NCBI GenBank assembly: GCA_965198005.1
Contig: CBDAOI010000003.1
Location: forward strand, 192,001 to 256,000
Length of the DNA: 64,000 nucleotides
Source of the DNA: Spirochaetia bacterium
Lineage (GTDB): Bacteria; Spirochaetota; Spirochaetia; SZUA-6; Bin103
Reading direction: 5' to 3'
Shown: in pieces, positions 29,857-39,815 of the stretch
Position numbering within the stretch: the first letter of the stretch is position 1
How the letters are laid out: every line of letters begins with the position of its first letter
Made by a program: the position numbers and the translations under genes
The notes under the pieces: model-generated
Seen by the model: the letters and a program-made list of their open reading frames with translations, nothing else
Told to the model about the DNA's origin: nothing
The model's database searches: none

Positions 29857-31647
29857 TCAGAATCCCATCTCCCGCTTCAGATCCTGGTCGAGCCAGAGAC
29901 GGGTCAGGATCGTCGTATGTTGGATCGGGCCGATCCCCATCTCCCCGTCGTAGCCCTTGAGCCACGGCTGGGCGACTTGGAACTGTGGGGTGGGACCGGG
30001 ACCGTCGATATGCCAGTGCTGGCCCAGCGCGTACAGGTTTACCTCCCTGGTGATCCGATTCCGCTCCTCCAACGTGGTAGCTGCCAGGGCGGCGTCGATC
30101 AGCGCGTCGATATGCGGGTCGTTGACGCCCAATCCATCGTTGTTCGCACCGGAGGGGCCGCCGGAGCGGTACCAATGATTGAACAGTCCGATGTCATAAA
30201 TGAACGCAGCGTTTTCGCCGTGTGCGATTCCGTCCGAAGTATGCTCGCGCGCGATGGCCAGTGCCTCCGCGGCGCCATGAATGCTCATTTCGACGTCGAC
30301 GCCAATCTCAGCCCAGTAGCCGATGACCAGCTCTGCGTAGTTGGCGTCGTAGCGTTCGAAGTACTTCAATTCGGTCTTGAAGCCATCGGGATAGCCCGCC
30401 TCGGCCAGTAGCTGCCTCGCCCGTTCCGGATCGTAGCGGTAGTACTGCTTGATCTCTTCCGGCCATTCTTCGAACGGCGTCCCCAGGTGGAAATCGTTGT
30501 GCATCATTCCTTGCGGCGTCGGGTCCGCATACCCCTTGAAGTAGGTGCTGGCAATCGTCTCCCGATCCAGCGCCATCTGCATGGCCTGGCGTACCCGGAT
30601 GTCGTTGAATGGCGGCCGGCCCACGGTGATGAACCTGAATGCATTGTCGGAACGGAGGGCGAACTCCCACATCTTGATGTGGGGATCGGTCTTCCGCAGG
30701 CTCTCGACCTGGTCGATCGACCTCAATTGGGCGTCACCGGAAGTCCCCAACATGTCGATTTGACCCGAGCGCAGGGCGGCGATCCGTGCCGCCGGATCCG
30801 GCATGATCAGGGTGACGATCTCGTCGACGTAGGGCAGGCGGTTGTCCGGGAACTTTTCGTCGAACCCCCAGTAGTTGGGGTTCTTGGTCCACGTGATGGA
30901 GCTGCCTTCGACCAGGTCCGTCAGCTCCATCGGCCCGGTGCCCACCAGATTCATGCAATCCTGGACGTCGCCGTGCTGCTGGATCACCTCTGGAGGGTAG
31001 ATCCAGACAATCCACCGGTTCATTATCTTGCCCACCATAAACAGGTCCGGCGCCGCCAGCTTGAAGACTACGGTCGATGGGTCGGTGGCCGTCACCGATT
31101 CGATTTTGGGGAGTTGACCAACGTGCGGCGAGGGTTCGCTGAAGCCGCTGCCGATCCCCAGCAGGCGATGATAGTTGAACTCGACGTCGCTGGCGGTCAG
31201 CTCGCGGCCGTTCATCGGCGCCTTGTCGTGCCAGCGCACGCCCGCGCGGACCTTGACGATGAGCGTGGTGTCGTCGGGCACTTCCCAGCTCTCCGCCAAC
31301 TGTCCTCGCAGGATATCGCTGGGGACCAGGTACGCGGTGACAAGGGGGTTTTGCTCTCTCCGGTCTACCGCCCAGTCCGCGACGCCGAGCATCTCGCTGA
31401 CCACGCCGTTGAAGTGATGCGACCAGCCGCTGTTGGCCCAGGCATCGCAGTGCTCGCCGGTGCCGGTCCGCCCGTAGGTGATGGTCCCGCCATACTCGGG
31501 CGCGGTGATCATCTCGCCGGTGGAGGGGTCGAGCACCATCTCCTTCTCGGCCGCGGCGGCCTCCTCGCGCTCGGCGGCGCCGAACGTAACGGTAGCCACC
31601 AGCGCGAACGCCAGTGTCAACAAACCGATTCTTGAAACGTAGATCAT
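29857..31647 (-). CDS. Family-5 ABC substrate-binding protein, cassette 2
   Basis: GGAGG RBS, signal peptide, LAESWE, GTGP, VRQA..MALDR. Confidence 0.93.
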   Translation of the reverse strand: MIYVSRIGLLTLAFALVATVTFGAAEREEAAAAEKEMVLDPSTGEMITAPEYGGTITYGRTGTGEHCDAWANSGWSHHFNGVVSEMLGVADWAVDRREQNPLVTAYLVPSDILRGQLAESWEVPDDTTLIVKVRAGVRWHDKAPMNGRELTASDVEFNYHRLLGIGSGFSEPSPHVGQLPKIESVTATDPSTVVFKLAAPDLFMVGKIMNRWIVWIYPPEVIQQHGDVQDCMNLVGTGPMELTDLVEGSSITWTKNPNYWGFDEKFPDNRLPYVDEIVTLIMPDPAARIAALRSGQIDMLGTSGDAQLRSIDQVESLRKTDPHIKMWEFALRSDNAFRFITVGRPPFNDIRVRQAMQMALDRETIASTYFKGYADPTPQGMMHNDFHLGTPFEEWPEEIKQYYRYDPERARQLLAEAGYPDGFKTELKYFERYDANYAELVIGYWAEIGVDVEMSIHGAAEALAIAREHTSDGIAHGENAAFIYDIGLFNHWYRSGGPSGANNDGLGVNDPHIDALIDAALAATTLEERNRITREVNLYALGQHWHIDGPGPTPQFQVAQPWLKGYDGEMGIGPIQHTTILTRLWLDQDLKREMGF

Positions 31648-32049
31648 GATGAGAATTACCTCCAAAATTTCGTTCCGAGAGCATGTGCCGATCTCACTTG
31701 TCGACCCCTCGCCTGCTCTCGTTGCCTGTCTGCCGCTCGGTGTTGTCTGCGGCGCAGGCGGTTCCGACGAGGGCGACAACCTGGAACTGACTCCGGGGGC
31801 GATCAGGCGCAACCGCCGTCGATCGCGTCCCGCGGTGGATTACAGCTTCACGGGTACCTCCTGTCTGCGAACCGGTCAGACGCAGGTCTCGCCGGTGGAT
31901 TGTTCTGCGGTCCGGCAACGCCGGGGGTAATTCGTGACTGCGGACCAAGGAGGACGGTGGCCGACGCGCGCGGCCGTCGGTTCACGGCGCCGGGCGCTCG
32001 GTGTGTGACGTGAGAGTTAGAGTTAGAGCTTACTGCCCCGTGTGTGTGT
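31648..32049 (-). repeat. About 400 bp upstream leader of SBP2, repeated with divergence upstream of SBP3 (38758-39185)
   Basis: Shared segments such as gcaggcggttccgacgagggcgacaacct and ggattacagcttcacggg. Confidence 0.8.
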
Positions 32050-32422
32050 GGGGGGGGGGTAGATGAACGGAATGGGCCGATGCGGCACCCCGGGCGGCGG
32101 TGCTCGGGCGCCAGTAGCGGGGGCCGGTGGCAGGGCTGCATTGCGTAGTCAGGCATCATCCGTATCCGTTCGAGTCCCCAACCCCGACATCATCGCACAC
32201 CCGCGCCAAAGCGATCAAGCGCTCAATTGCACTTTTTTGCACTTTCTTCACTTTTTGTCCAGCGGCCCTGGCGCCGCTGGCGGCTGCACCACCAAGCCCG
32301 CCCGGTCACGCCAGAGTCCGCCCACGGCACTGCCGGCAACTGCCTCGGTCTCGATCGCTTCGCTTTCGAAGGGCCGGCCCGCCGGCCTTGCGGGCCCGCG
32401 CGAGACGGCCTACGCTGCCGCC

Positions 32423-33418
32423 ATGGCCAGCACCAAGGCACCGCCCACCAAGCGCTACGAAGTATACGAAGTAACGCAACCCCGGCGCGCCCAGCCGCCG
32501 GCATTCCCGGGCTGCAAGCCCGTCCGCCTGCCGCGCACCGAGATCGACCGCTTCGAGGGGCGCCTTGAGTATTGGGATGCGGCTACCGAGACCGCCTGGA
32601 TCTGCGAGCCGACCACTCCCTATCACGAGCGCCCGTCGCGGCTGTTCACGAGATTGGCTGAGCTGATCGCCAGGGTGCGCGGTTCGCCGATCGAATGCTA
32701 CGGCTCGATGGACCTGCTGCTGCGCGACGCCGGCGGCGAGCCGCGGCGCATCATGCAGGCGGACGAGTCGGTGTACCTGCATCCGGCGCGGGCCAAGCCG
32801 GGACCTGCGGCCATGGTGGTGGGCGAGGATGACTTTCCCGACGTGGTGCTGGAAGTGGATCACACTACGGACGCGCGGCGGAGCAAGCTCGCGCTGTACG
32901 AGGACTGGGGCTTTCCGGAAGTGTGGGTAGACGTGCCGGACACGCTGTCGCCGAGGCGGGCACGCGGGCGCCGCCCGGGACTGACGATTCATCTGCTGGA
33001 GCATGGTCGGTTCCGGGTTGCGGCCGAGAGCCGGGCGTTTCCCGGCTGGCGGGCGGACGAGATTCACCTGGCGCTGAACGAGCCGGCGCCATCCGCGCGC
33101 ACCAGCGCGGTGGTGGAGCGGGTCGGGGCGGCGCTGGGTGCGCGCGCAGGCACCGGCCCGGACGACGACCCGCTGCTCCGTTCGCAGCGGCGCCAGGGGT
33201 TCGAGCAGGGCCGCGCGGCAGGTCGGGCGGAAGGCCGTGCGCAGATGGTTCGTCAGATATTGCTGTCACGCGGCATTGAAGTGTCGGCGCGGTTGTCCAC
33301 CGCTACGGAGGCGGTCGCCGCGGCGGCCGAGGAGGCGCTGCTGGCGGCGGCGCTTGGCTGCGCGGATGAGGCGGAGTTCCTTGCCGCGCTCCGGCGATTG
33401 CGCGACCCGGGCGGCTGA
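32423..33418 (+). CDS. Uma2 family endonuclease, copy 3
   Basis: Near-identical to copy 1. Confidence 0.85.
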   Translation: MASTKAPPTKRYEVYEVTQPRRAQPPAFPGCKPVRLPRTEIDRFEGRLEYWDAATETAWICEPTTPYHERPSRLFTRLAELIARVRGSPIECYGSMDLLLRDAGGEPRRIMQADESVYLHPARAKPGPAAMVVGEDDFPDVVLEVDHTTDARRSKLALYEDWGFPEVWVDVPDTLSPRRARGRRPGLTIHLLEHGRFRVAAESRAFPGWRADEIHLALNEPAPSARTSAVVERVGAALGARAGTGPDDDPLLRSQRRQGFEQGRAAGRAEGRAQMVRQILLSRGIEVSARLSTATEAVAAAAEEALLAAALGCADEAEFLAALRRLRDPGG

Positions 33419-33431
33419 CCTCGCCCGCACA

Positions 33432-33603
33432 GCCGGACGAGCCCGAAGAGACGGCGCACATGGTTGCGGCTGCCGGCGGGCAGGCCATGGCACTGCACAC
33501 CGACGTCGCCGACCCGGCCGCGGTCGAGGCGATGGCGCAGGCAGTGGTCGACCGCTACGGCCGCCTCGATTGTGCCTTTAACGCCGCCGGTGTGGGTGGC
33601 GGC
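33432..33603 (+). pseudogene. Short-chain dehydrogenase (SDR) internal fragment
   Basis: EETAHMVAAAGGQAMALHTDVAD...YGRLDCAFNAAG. Confidence 0.75.
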
Positions 33604-33781
33604 CCGTGCCGACGACTTTTTTTCGGCGGCCCTGGCGCCTCTGGCGGCTGCAGTAGCGGGCTCGCCGGTCACACCAAGGTCCACGGCACTGCCGGCAACT
33701 GCCTCGGTCTCGATCTCTTCGCTTTCGAAGGGCCGGCCCGCCGGCCTTGCGGGCCCGCGCGAGACGGCCTACGCTGCCGCC

Positions 33782-34765
33782 ATGGCCAGCACCAAGGCAC
33801 CGCCAACCAGGCGCTACGAAGTATACGAAGTAGGGCAACCCCGGCACGCCCAGCCGCCGGCATTCCCGGGCTGCAAGCCCGTCCGCCTGCCGCGCACCGA
33901 GATCGACCGCTTCGAGGGGCGCCTCGAGTATTGGGATGCGGCCACCGAGACCGCCTGGATCTGCGAGCCCACCACTCCCTATCACGAGCGCCCGTCGCGG
34001 CTGTTCACGAGATTGGCTGAGCTGATCGCCAGGGTGCGCGGTTCGCCGATCGAATGCTACGGCTCGATGGACCTGCTGCTGCGCGACGCCGGCGGCGAGC
34101 CGCGGCGCATCATGCAGGCGGACGAGTCGGTGTACCTGCATCCGGCGCGGGCCAAGCCGGGACCGGCGGCCATGGTGGTGGGCGAGGACGACTTTCCCGA
34201 CGTGGTGCTGGAGGTGGATCACACCACCGACGCGCGGCGGAGCAAGCTGGCGCTGTACGAGGACTGGGGCTTTCCGGAAGTGTGGGTGGAGGTGCCGGAC
34301 ACGCTGTCGCCGAGGCGGGCACGCGGGCGCCGCCCGGGACTGACGATTCATCTGCTGGAGCATGGTCGGTTTCGGGTGGCGGCCGAGAGCCGGGCGTTTC
34401 TCGGCTGGCGGGCGGACGAGATTCACGTGGCGCTGAACGAGCCGGCGCCGTCCGCGCGCACCAGCGCGGTGGTGGAGCGGGTCGGGGCGGCGCTGGGCGC
34501 GCGCGAAGGCACCGGCCCGGACGACGACCCGCTGCTCCGTTCGCAACGGCGCCAGGGATTCGAGCAGGGTCGTGCGGCAGGTCGGGCGCAGATGGTCCGC
34601 CAGATCCTGCGGTCACGCGGCATTGAAGTGTCGGCGAGGTTCTCCACCGCCACGGAGGCGTTCGCCGCGGCGTCCGAGGAGGCGCTGCTGGCGGCGGCGC
34701 TTGGCTGCGCGGATGAGGCGGGTTTCCTTGCCGCACTCCGGCGATTCCGCGACCCGGGCGGCTGA
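33782..34765 (+). CDS. Uma2 family endonuclease, copy 4
   Basis: Near-identical to copy 2. Confidence 0.85.
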   Translation: MASTKAPPTRRYEVYEVGQPRHAQPPAFPGCKPVRLPRTEIDRFEGRLEYWDAATETAWICEPTTPYHERPSRLFTRLAELIARVRGSPIECYGSMDLLLRDAGGEPRRIMQADESVYLHPARAKPGPAAMVVGEDDFPDVVLEVDHTTDARRSKLALYEDWGFPEVWVEVPDTLSPRRARGRRPGLTIHLLEHGRFRVAAESRAFLGWRADEIHVALNEPAPSARTSAVVERVGAALGAREGTGPDDDPLLRSQRRQGFEQGRAAGRAQMVRQILRSRGIEVSARFSTATEAFAAASEEALLAAALGCADEAGFLAALRRFRDPGG

Positions 34766-34836
34766 CCTCGCCCGCGCAGCCGGCGTGCCCGACGAGGCGG
34801 CATGCAGGTGGCGGACAGGCATGGCCGCCGGCCGTA

Positions 34837-35802
34837 TCAGGCTGACCGGGCGGCCTCTTGCAGGGCGCGGCGGGCGCCTTCGATGGCGCGGGCGCTCATG
34901 CCGCCGCTGCCGAGGCCGGCGCCGCCGCCGCCGCCCCGCAGCCGGGGGTCGAGCAGGTCGCGCACCGCGTCACCGAACATGTTCAGGCAGTACACCACCA
35001 CCGTGAGCGCCACCCCCGGCCACATCGCCAGGCGCGGCGCCATCTCCATGAACTGGCGCCCCTCGCGGCTCAGCATGCCGCCCCAGCTCGGCACCGTGGT
35101 CGGCAGGCCGAACCCCAGGAAGCTCAAGGACGCTTCGGCGATGATGATGCCGCCGATCGTGATCGAGAACACGACGATCACCGGCGCGGTGATGTTCGGC
35201 CACACGTGGCTCTTCAGGATGTGCCAGGGAGCGCTGCCGATGGCGCGCGCGGCCTCGAAGTAGGGATTCTCCTTGATGCCGATCACGGCGCTGCGGATCA
35301 CGCGCGAGTTGCCGATGCCGGAAGTGACGCCGAGCACGACGATGATCTGCAGGATGCCCTGGCCGACGATGGTGATGATCGTCAGCAGCAGCAACAGGCC
35401 GGGGAAGGACATCCAGGCGTCGACGAAGCGCTGCACCAGAATGTCCAGCTTGCCGCCGACGAAGCCGGCCACGCCGCCGACCAGCAGCGCCACCACGGTG
35501 CTCAGCAGGGTGGCGGCAAAGCCCACCCCGAGCGAGGTGCGGGCGCCGTACACCAGCCGGCTCAACACGTCGCGGCCGAGCTGGTCGGTGCCCAGCAGGT
35601 AGGTGGCCGACGGGTCGCCCAACCGGTCGACCAGGTGCATCTCGGCGAAGGGGAAGGGTGCCAGGACGTCGGCCAGGATGGCGATCAGCGCCAGCACCAG
35701 GACCACCACCGCGCTCGCCGCCCCGAGCGGGCGCTCCTTGAACAGTCGCCGCAGCAGGTCGAGCAGGAACGGCTGCGGTTTGGGATTATCGTTCATCGAC
35801 AC
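34837..35802 (-). CDS. DppC-like ABC permease, cassette 3
   Basis: Almost identical to 27840-28802. Confidence 0.93.
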   Translation of the reverse strand: MSMNDNPKPQPFLLDLLRRLFKERPLGAASAVVVLVLALIAILADVLAPFPFAEMHLVDRLGDPSATYLLGTDQLGRDVLSRLVYGARTSLGVGFAATLLSTVVALLVGGVAGFVGGKLDILVQRFVDAWMSFPGLLLLLTIITIVGQGILQIIVVLGVTSGIGNSRVIRSAVIGIKENPYFEAARAIGSAPWHILKSHVWPNITAPVIVVFSITIGGIIIAEASLSFLGFGLPTTVPSWGGMLSREGRQFMEMAPRLAMWPGVALTVVVYCLNMFGDAVRDLLDPRLRGGGGGAGLGSGGMSARAIEGARRALQEAARSA

Positions 35803-35803
35803 C

Positions 35804-36769
35804 TCACCGGTACTGCACCCGCGGGTCGAGGTAGCCGTAGAGAATGTCGATCATCAGGTTGATCGTCATAACCGCGGTCGCGAAGAACAGGTTGATGCCC
35901 GACACCACCGGGTAGTCGCGCACCTTGAGCGCCTCGAGCATCAGTCGCCCCAGCCCCGGCAGCGCGAACATGTTCTCCATGATCACCGAGCCGCCGACCA
36001 GGATCGGGAGTTGCAGGCCGATCAGGGTCACCACCGGGATCAGCGCGTTCTTGATCACGTGCCGGAGGATGATCACCCGTTCCTTCAGTCCCTTCGCCCA
36101 GGCGGTGCGGATGAAGTCCTGGCGCAGCACCTCCAGCATCATGGTGCGCGTCATGCGCATCACGGTGGCCGACAGGTAGGTGCCCAGAATGAGGCTGGGA
36201 ATGAACAGGTGGCCGAGGTTGCGCAGCGGGTCATCGGCGAACGCCACCATGCGCAGCGGCGGCGCCCATGCCCACCAGATGGCGGGGAAGGTCAGCACCA
36301 GGGTGGCGAGCCAGAAGTTGGGCGTCGCCAGGCCGATGATGGCGATGGAGCGGCCGGCGTAGTCGCCCGCCGTGTCTTGCCGCACCGCCGAGTAGATGCC
36401 CACCGGCACGGCGATGACCAACCCGATGAGGATGGACAGGACGCCCAGCTCGATTGTGATCGGCAGCCGGCCGATGATCTTTTCCTCGACGGTATATCCG
36501 CCGAACAGCGACTCGCCCAGGGTGCCGCGCAGGAAGATGCCGCCCAGCCAGCGCACGTACTGCACGTGCGCCGGCACATCCAGCCCGAGCATGCGCTCGA
36601 CCTTCTCGCGGTCCACGTGCACCATCCCGCCCACTTCCTCCGCCAGCCGGGCCATCATGCTGTCGACGACGTCGCCGGGAAGAAAGCGCACCGACAGGAA
36701 CACCAGAACCGTCAACAGGAGGAACGTCGGGATCAGCAGCAGGACGCGGCGGATGATGTAGGTTCGCAT
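35804..36769 (-). CDS. DppB-like ABC permease, cassette 3
   Basis: Close paralogue of 28813-29778. Confidence 0.93.
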   Translation of the reverse strand: MRTYIIRRVLLLIPTFLLLTVLVFLSVRFLPGDVVDSMMARLAEEVGGMVHVDREKVERMLGLDVPAHVQYVRWLGGIFLRGTLGESLFGGYTVEEKIIGRLPITIELGVLSILIGLVIAVPVGIYSAVRQDTAGDYAGRSIAIIGLATPNFWLATLVLTFPAIWWAWAPPLRMVAFADDPLRNLGHLFIPSLILGTYLSATVMRMTRTMMLEVLRQDFIRTAWAKGLKERVIILRHVIKNALIPVVTLIGLQLPILVGGSVIMENMFALPGLGRLMLEALKVRDYPVVSGINLFFATAVMTINLMIDILYGYLDPRVQYR

Positions 36770-36835
36770 TGCAGGGCGCCTGGGAAGTGGGACGGCAGCA
36801 CACGCCACCGGCCCACTCCGTCATGTGGCAGCGGA

Positions 36836-36936
36836 GCCCGCCGTTAGGCGGGCCCCTTTCAATCGCCCGTAGGGCGAGTTGATTCGTGCAGGCGCGCTGA
36901 GCGCGCCTGCAATGGAAACCGCCCCTGGCGGTTTCC
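36836..36936. repeat. Four consecutive inverted repeats between SBP3 and dppB3
   Basis: gcccgcc/ggcgggc; tcgccc/gggcga; tgcaggcgcgc/gcgcgcctgca; ggaaaccgcc/ggcggtttcc. Confidence 0.85.
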
Positions 36937-38757
36937 TCAGAATCCGAGCTCCCGCTTCAGATCCTGGTCGATCCAGAGGCGCGTCAGGAGCGTTGTGAAA
37001 CCCGGCACGCCGATCGACAGCTCCCCGTTGTAGCCCTTGACCCACGGCTGGGCGACGTTGAACTGGGGGACGGGACCGGGACCGTCGATATGCCAGTGCT
37101 GGCTTACCGCGTACAGATTCGCCTCCTTGGTGAGCCGAATAATATCCTCCAGGGTGGTAGCTGCCGTGGCGGCGTCGATCATCGCGTCCATTTGCGGGTC
37201 GTTGACGCCCAATCCGTCGTTGTTCAGGCCGTAGGGGGAATTTGAGCGGTAAAAGGACTCAAGAATTTTGATATCCGCGGTCGGGTTAGCGTTTTCGCCG
37301 TGTGCAATTCCGTCTGAGGTATGCTCGCGCGTGATGGCCAGGAGCTCCGCGGCGCCATGAATGCTCATCTCGACGTCGACGCCAATCTCAGCCCAGTATC
37401 CAATGACGAGCTCCGCGTAGTTCGCATCGTAGCGTTCGAAGTATTTCAATTCGGTCTTGAAGCCATCAGGATAGCCCGCCTCGGCCAGCAGCTGCTTGGC
37501 CCGCTCCGGATCGTAGCGGTAGTACTGCTTGACCTCCTCCGGCCATTGGTCGAAGGGCGTCCCAAAGAGGCCGTCGTTGTGCACCAGTCCGTGCGGCGTC
37601 GCGTCCGCATACCCCTTGAAGTAGGTGTTGGCGATCGTCTCCCGATCAATCGCCATCTGCAGGGCCTGCCGTACCCGGAGATCGTTGAACGGCGGCCGGC
37701 TCACGGTGATGAACCGAAATGCCTGGTCGGATCGAGAGGGGCGGTCCCAGATGTTGATGTGGGGATCGGTCCTTCGCAGGCTCTCGACCTGGTCGATCTG
37801 CCTCAGCTGAGCGTCGCCGCTATTCGTCAACATATCGATTTGACCCGAGCGCAGGGCCGCGAGCCGCGCCGCCGGATCCGGTAGGATCAGGCCGACGATC
37901 TCGTCGACGTAGGGCAAGCGGTTCTCCGGGTATTTTTCGTCGAAGCCCCAATAGTTGGGATACTTAGTGTAGGTTAAACTGCTGCCATCGACGAAGTCCG
38001 TCAGCTCCATGGGCCCGGTGCCAACCAGATTCCTCCAATCCTGCATGTCGCCGTGCTGCTGGATCACCTCCGGAGGGTAGATCCAGGTGATCCACATATT
38101 GAGTAGCGCGGATCCAAAGCCGTAGGCAGGATGTGGCTTTAGAGGCCAAACGAGGTCTGGCTCTGCCAGCTTGAAGACCACCGTCGATGCGTCGGTGGCC
38201 GTAACCGATTCGATCTTGGGAAGCTGATTTGCAGCGTGCCGCGAGGCTTCGCTGAAGCCGCTACCGATCCCGTAGAGGCGATGATAGTTGAATTCGACAT
38301 CGCTGGCGGTGAGCTCGCGACCGTTCATCGGTGCTTTGTCGTGCCAACGAACGCCCGGGCGGATGTGGACGATCAGCGTGGCGGCATCCGACCATTCCCA
38401 GCTCTCCGCCAACTGTCCTCGCATGATAGACGTAGGAAAGGAAAAGAGGCGAAGGTCGTTCTCACTCCTGTCGACCGCCCAGTCCACGATGGCGAGCTGC
38501 TCGGTGACCATGCCGACGAACATTCTTGACCAGCCGCTGTTCGCCCAGGCATCAGGGTGCTCGCCCATGGCGACCACGCCGAAGGTGAGGGTCCCGCCAT
38601 ACTCGGGCGCGGTGACCATCTCGCCGGTGGATGGGTCGAGCACCATCTCCTTCTCGGCAGCGGCGGCCGGCTGGTCGCTCTCGCCGCTGGCAAACGTAAC
38701 GGTAGCCACCAGCGCGAGCGCCAGTGTCAACAAACCGATTCTGAAAACGTAGTTCAT
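36937..38757 (-). CDS. Family-5 ABC substrate-binding protein, cassette 3
   Basis: GGAGG RBS; paralogue of SBP2. Confidence 0.93.
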   Translation of the reverse strand: MNYVFRIGLLTLALALVATVTFASGESDQPAAAAEKEMVLDPSTGEMVTAPEYGGTLTFGVVAMGEHPDAWANSGWSRMFVGMVTEQLAIVDWAVDRSENDLRLFSFPTSIMRGQLAESWEWSDAATLIVHIRPGVRWHDKAPMNGRELTASDVEFNYHRLYGIGSGFSEASRHAANQLPKIESVTATDASTVVFKLAEPDLVWPLKPHPAYGFGSALLNMWITWIYPPEVIQQHGDMQDWRNLVGTGPMELTDFVDGSSLTYTKYPNYWGFDEKYPENRLPYVDEIVGLILPDPAARLAALRSGQIDMLTNSGDAQLRQIDQVESLRRTDPHINIWDRPSRSDQAFRFITVSRPPFNDLRVRQALQMAIDRETIANTYFKGYADATPHGLVHNDGLFGTPFDQWPEEVKQYYRYDPERAKQLLAEAGYPDGFKTELKYFERYDANYAELVIGYWAEIGVDVEMSIHGAAELLAITREHTSDGIAHGENANPTADIKILESFYRSNSPYGLNNDGLGVNDPQMDAMIDAATAATTLEDIIRLTKEANLYAVSQHWHIDGPGPVPQFNVAQPWVKGYNGELSIGVPGFTTLLTRLWIDQDLKRELGF

Positions 38758-39241
38758 GAGAAGAACCTCCGATTCTCGATTCTTGTTCGAGAGCATGTGC
38801 TGATCCTGGTGCCGGCCCCTCGTCTGCTCTCGTTGCCTGTCTGCCGCTCTGTGTTGTGTGCGGCGCAGGCGGTTCCGACGAGGGCGACAACCTCGAACTG
38901 ACCCCGGGAGCGATCAGGCACAAGTGCCGTTGGATCGCGTCCCGCGGTGGATTACAGCTTCACGGGCACCTCCCGTATGCGTACCGGTCAGACGCAGGTC
39001 GACGCCGGTCGGAGGCGTGAACGGGTCTCGCCGGTGGTTTGTTCTGCTGTCCGGCAACGCCGGGGGTGATTGCTGACAGAGGACCAAGCAGGGCGGTGGC
39101 CGACGCGCGCGGTCGTCGGTTTACGGCGCCGGGCGCTCGGTGTGTGACGTGAGAGTTAGAGCTTACTGCCCCTTGTGTGTGTGTTGGGGGGGGGGGTGCA
39201 GCATAAGCGCTAACTTGTTGTGGGGGCCTACAGGGGCCATG

Positions 39242-39386
39242 CATGACTTTACTGTGCGACCGTACCACGGACGTGCGACTCGGATCAACCAGCCGCGTCG
39301 AAAAAATCGAAGAAATCTGGCAGCTCATGGCCCTACGGTGCGACCGTATCACGGACCCGCGACTCGCGTCAACCAGCCAGATCGAA
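39242..39386. repeat. Two imperfect direct repeats of about 60 bp with an 84-bp period
   Basis: catg..tac(t/g)gtgcgaccgta(c/t)cacggac..gcgactcg..tcaaccagcc..tcgaa occurs twice. Confidence 0.8.
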
Positions 39387-39495
39387 GTAAGCTGACAACT
39401 GAGACAGCCGGCGCCGTGGCGGCTCAGCCAGCGCCCGCGAGATAGCGCCCCAAAACCGCCGCCGGGGCGCCGCTTTTGGCCCATCCCGTCCGACC

Positions 39496-39530
39496 GCTAG
39501 GAGTCTGTCGCAATCCGACAGACTCCTAGC
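39496..39530. repeat. Perfect 15-bp inverted repeat bounded by CTAG (possible IS footprint)
   Basis: gctaggagtctgtcg-caatc-cgacagactcctagc. Confidence 0.85.
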
Positions 39531-39815
39531 GTGCCACTGGTGAACCATGCGCGCCAGTGGCAGAGCCGGTTCGATGGTGCGGGTGACCTGGCCCAGCACG
39601 AACCTGAAGTCACGCCACGCACTGGGTGGCCGCTGACGGCGCCAAGTCGTATCCCCAGGGGGAAATAGCGCTGGCATGGCGGATCAGCTTCTCGACCAGG
39701 AGCGCAACCAGCAGCTTGCCGTACAGCCACGCTTTGGCGCTGTCGTCGTCGTATTTCGGCAGGTGGCCCAACTGCGCCAACGATTTGAACCGTTTGAACA
39801 CCAACTCCACCTGCC
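39531..39815 (-). mobile_element. IS4-family transposase C-terminal remnant
   Basis: WQVELVFKRFKS (DDE signature W.IE..FK..KS) followed by HLPKYDDDSAKAWLYGKLL. Confidence 0.75.

Noticed and set aside
39242-39386. Possible CRISPR array
   Set aside because: Only two degenerate units of about 60 bp, and no cas genes.
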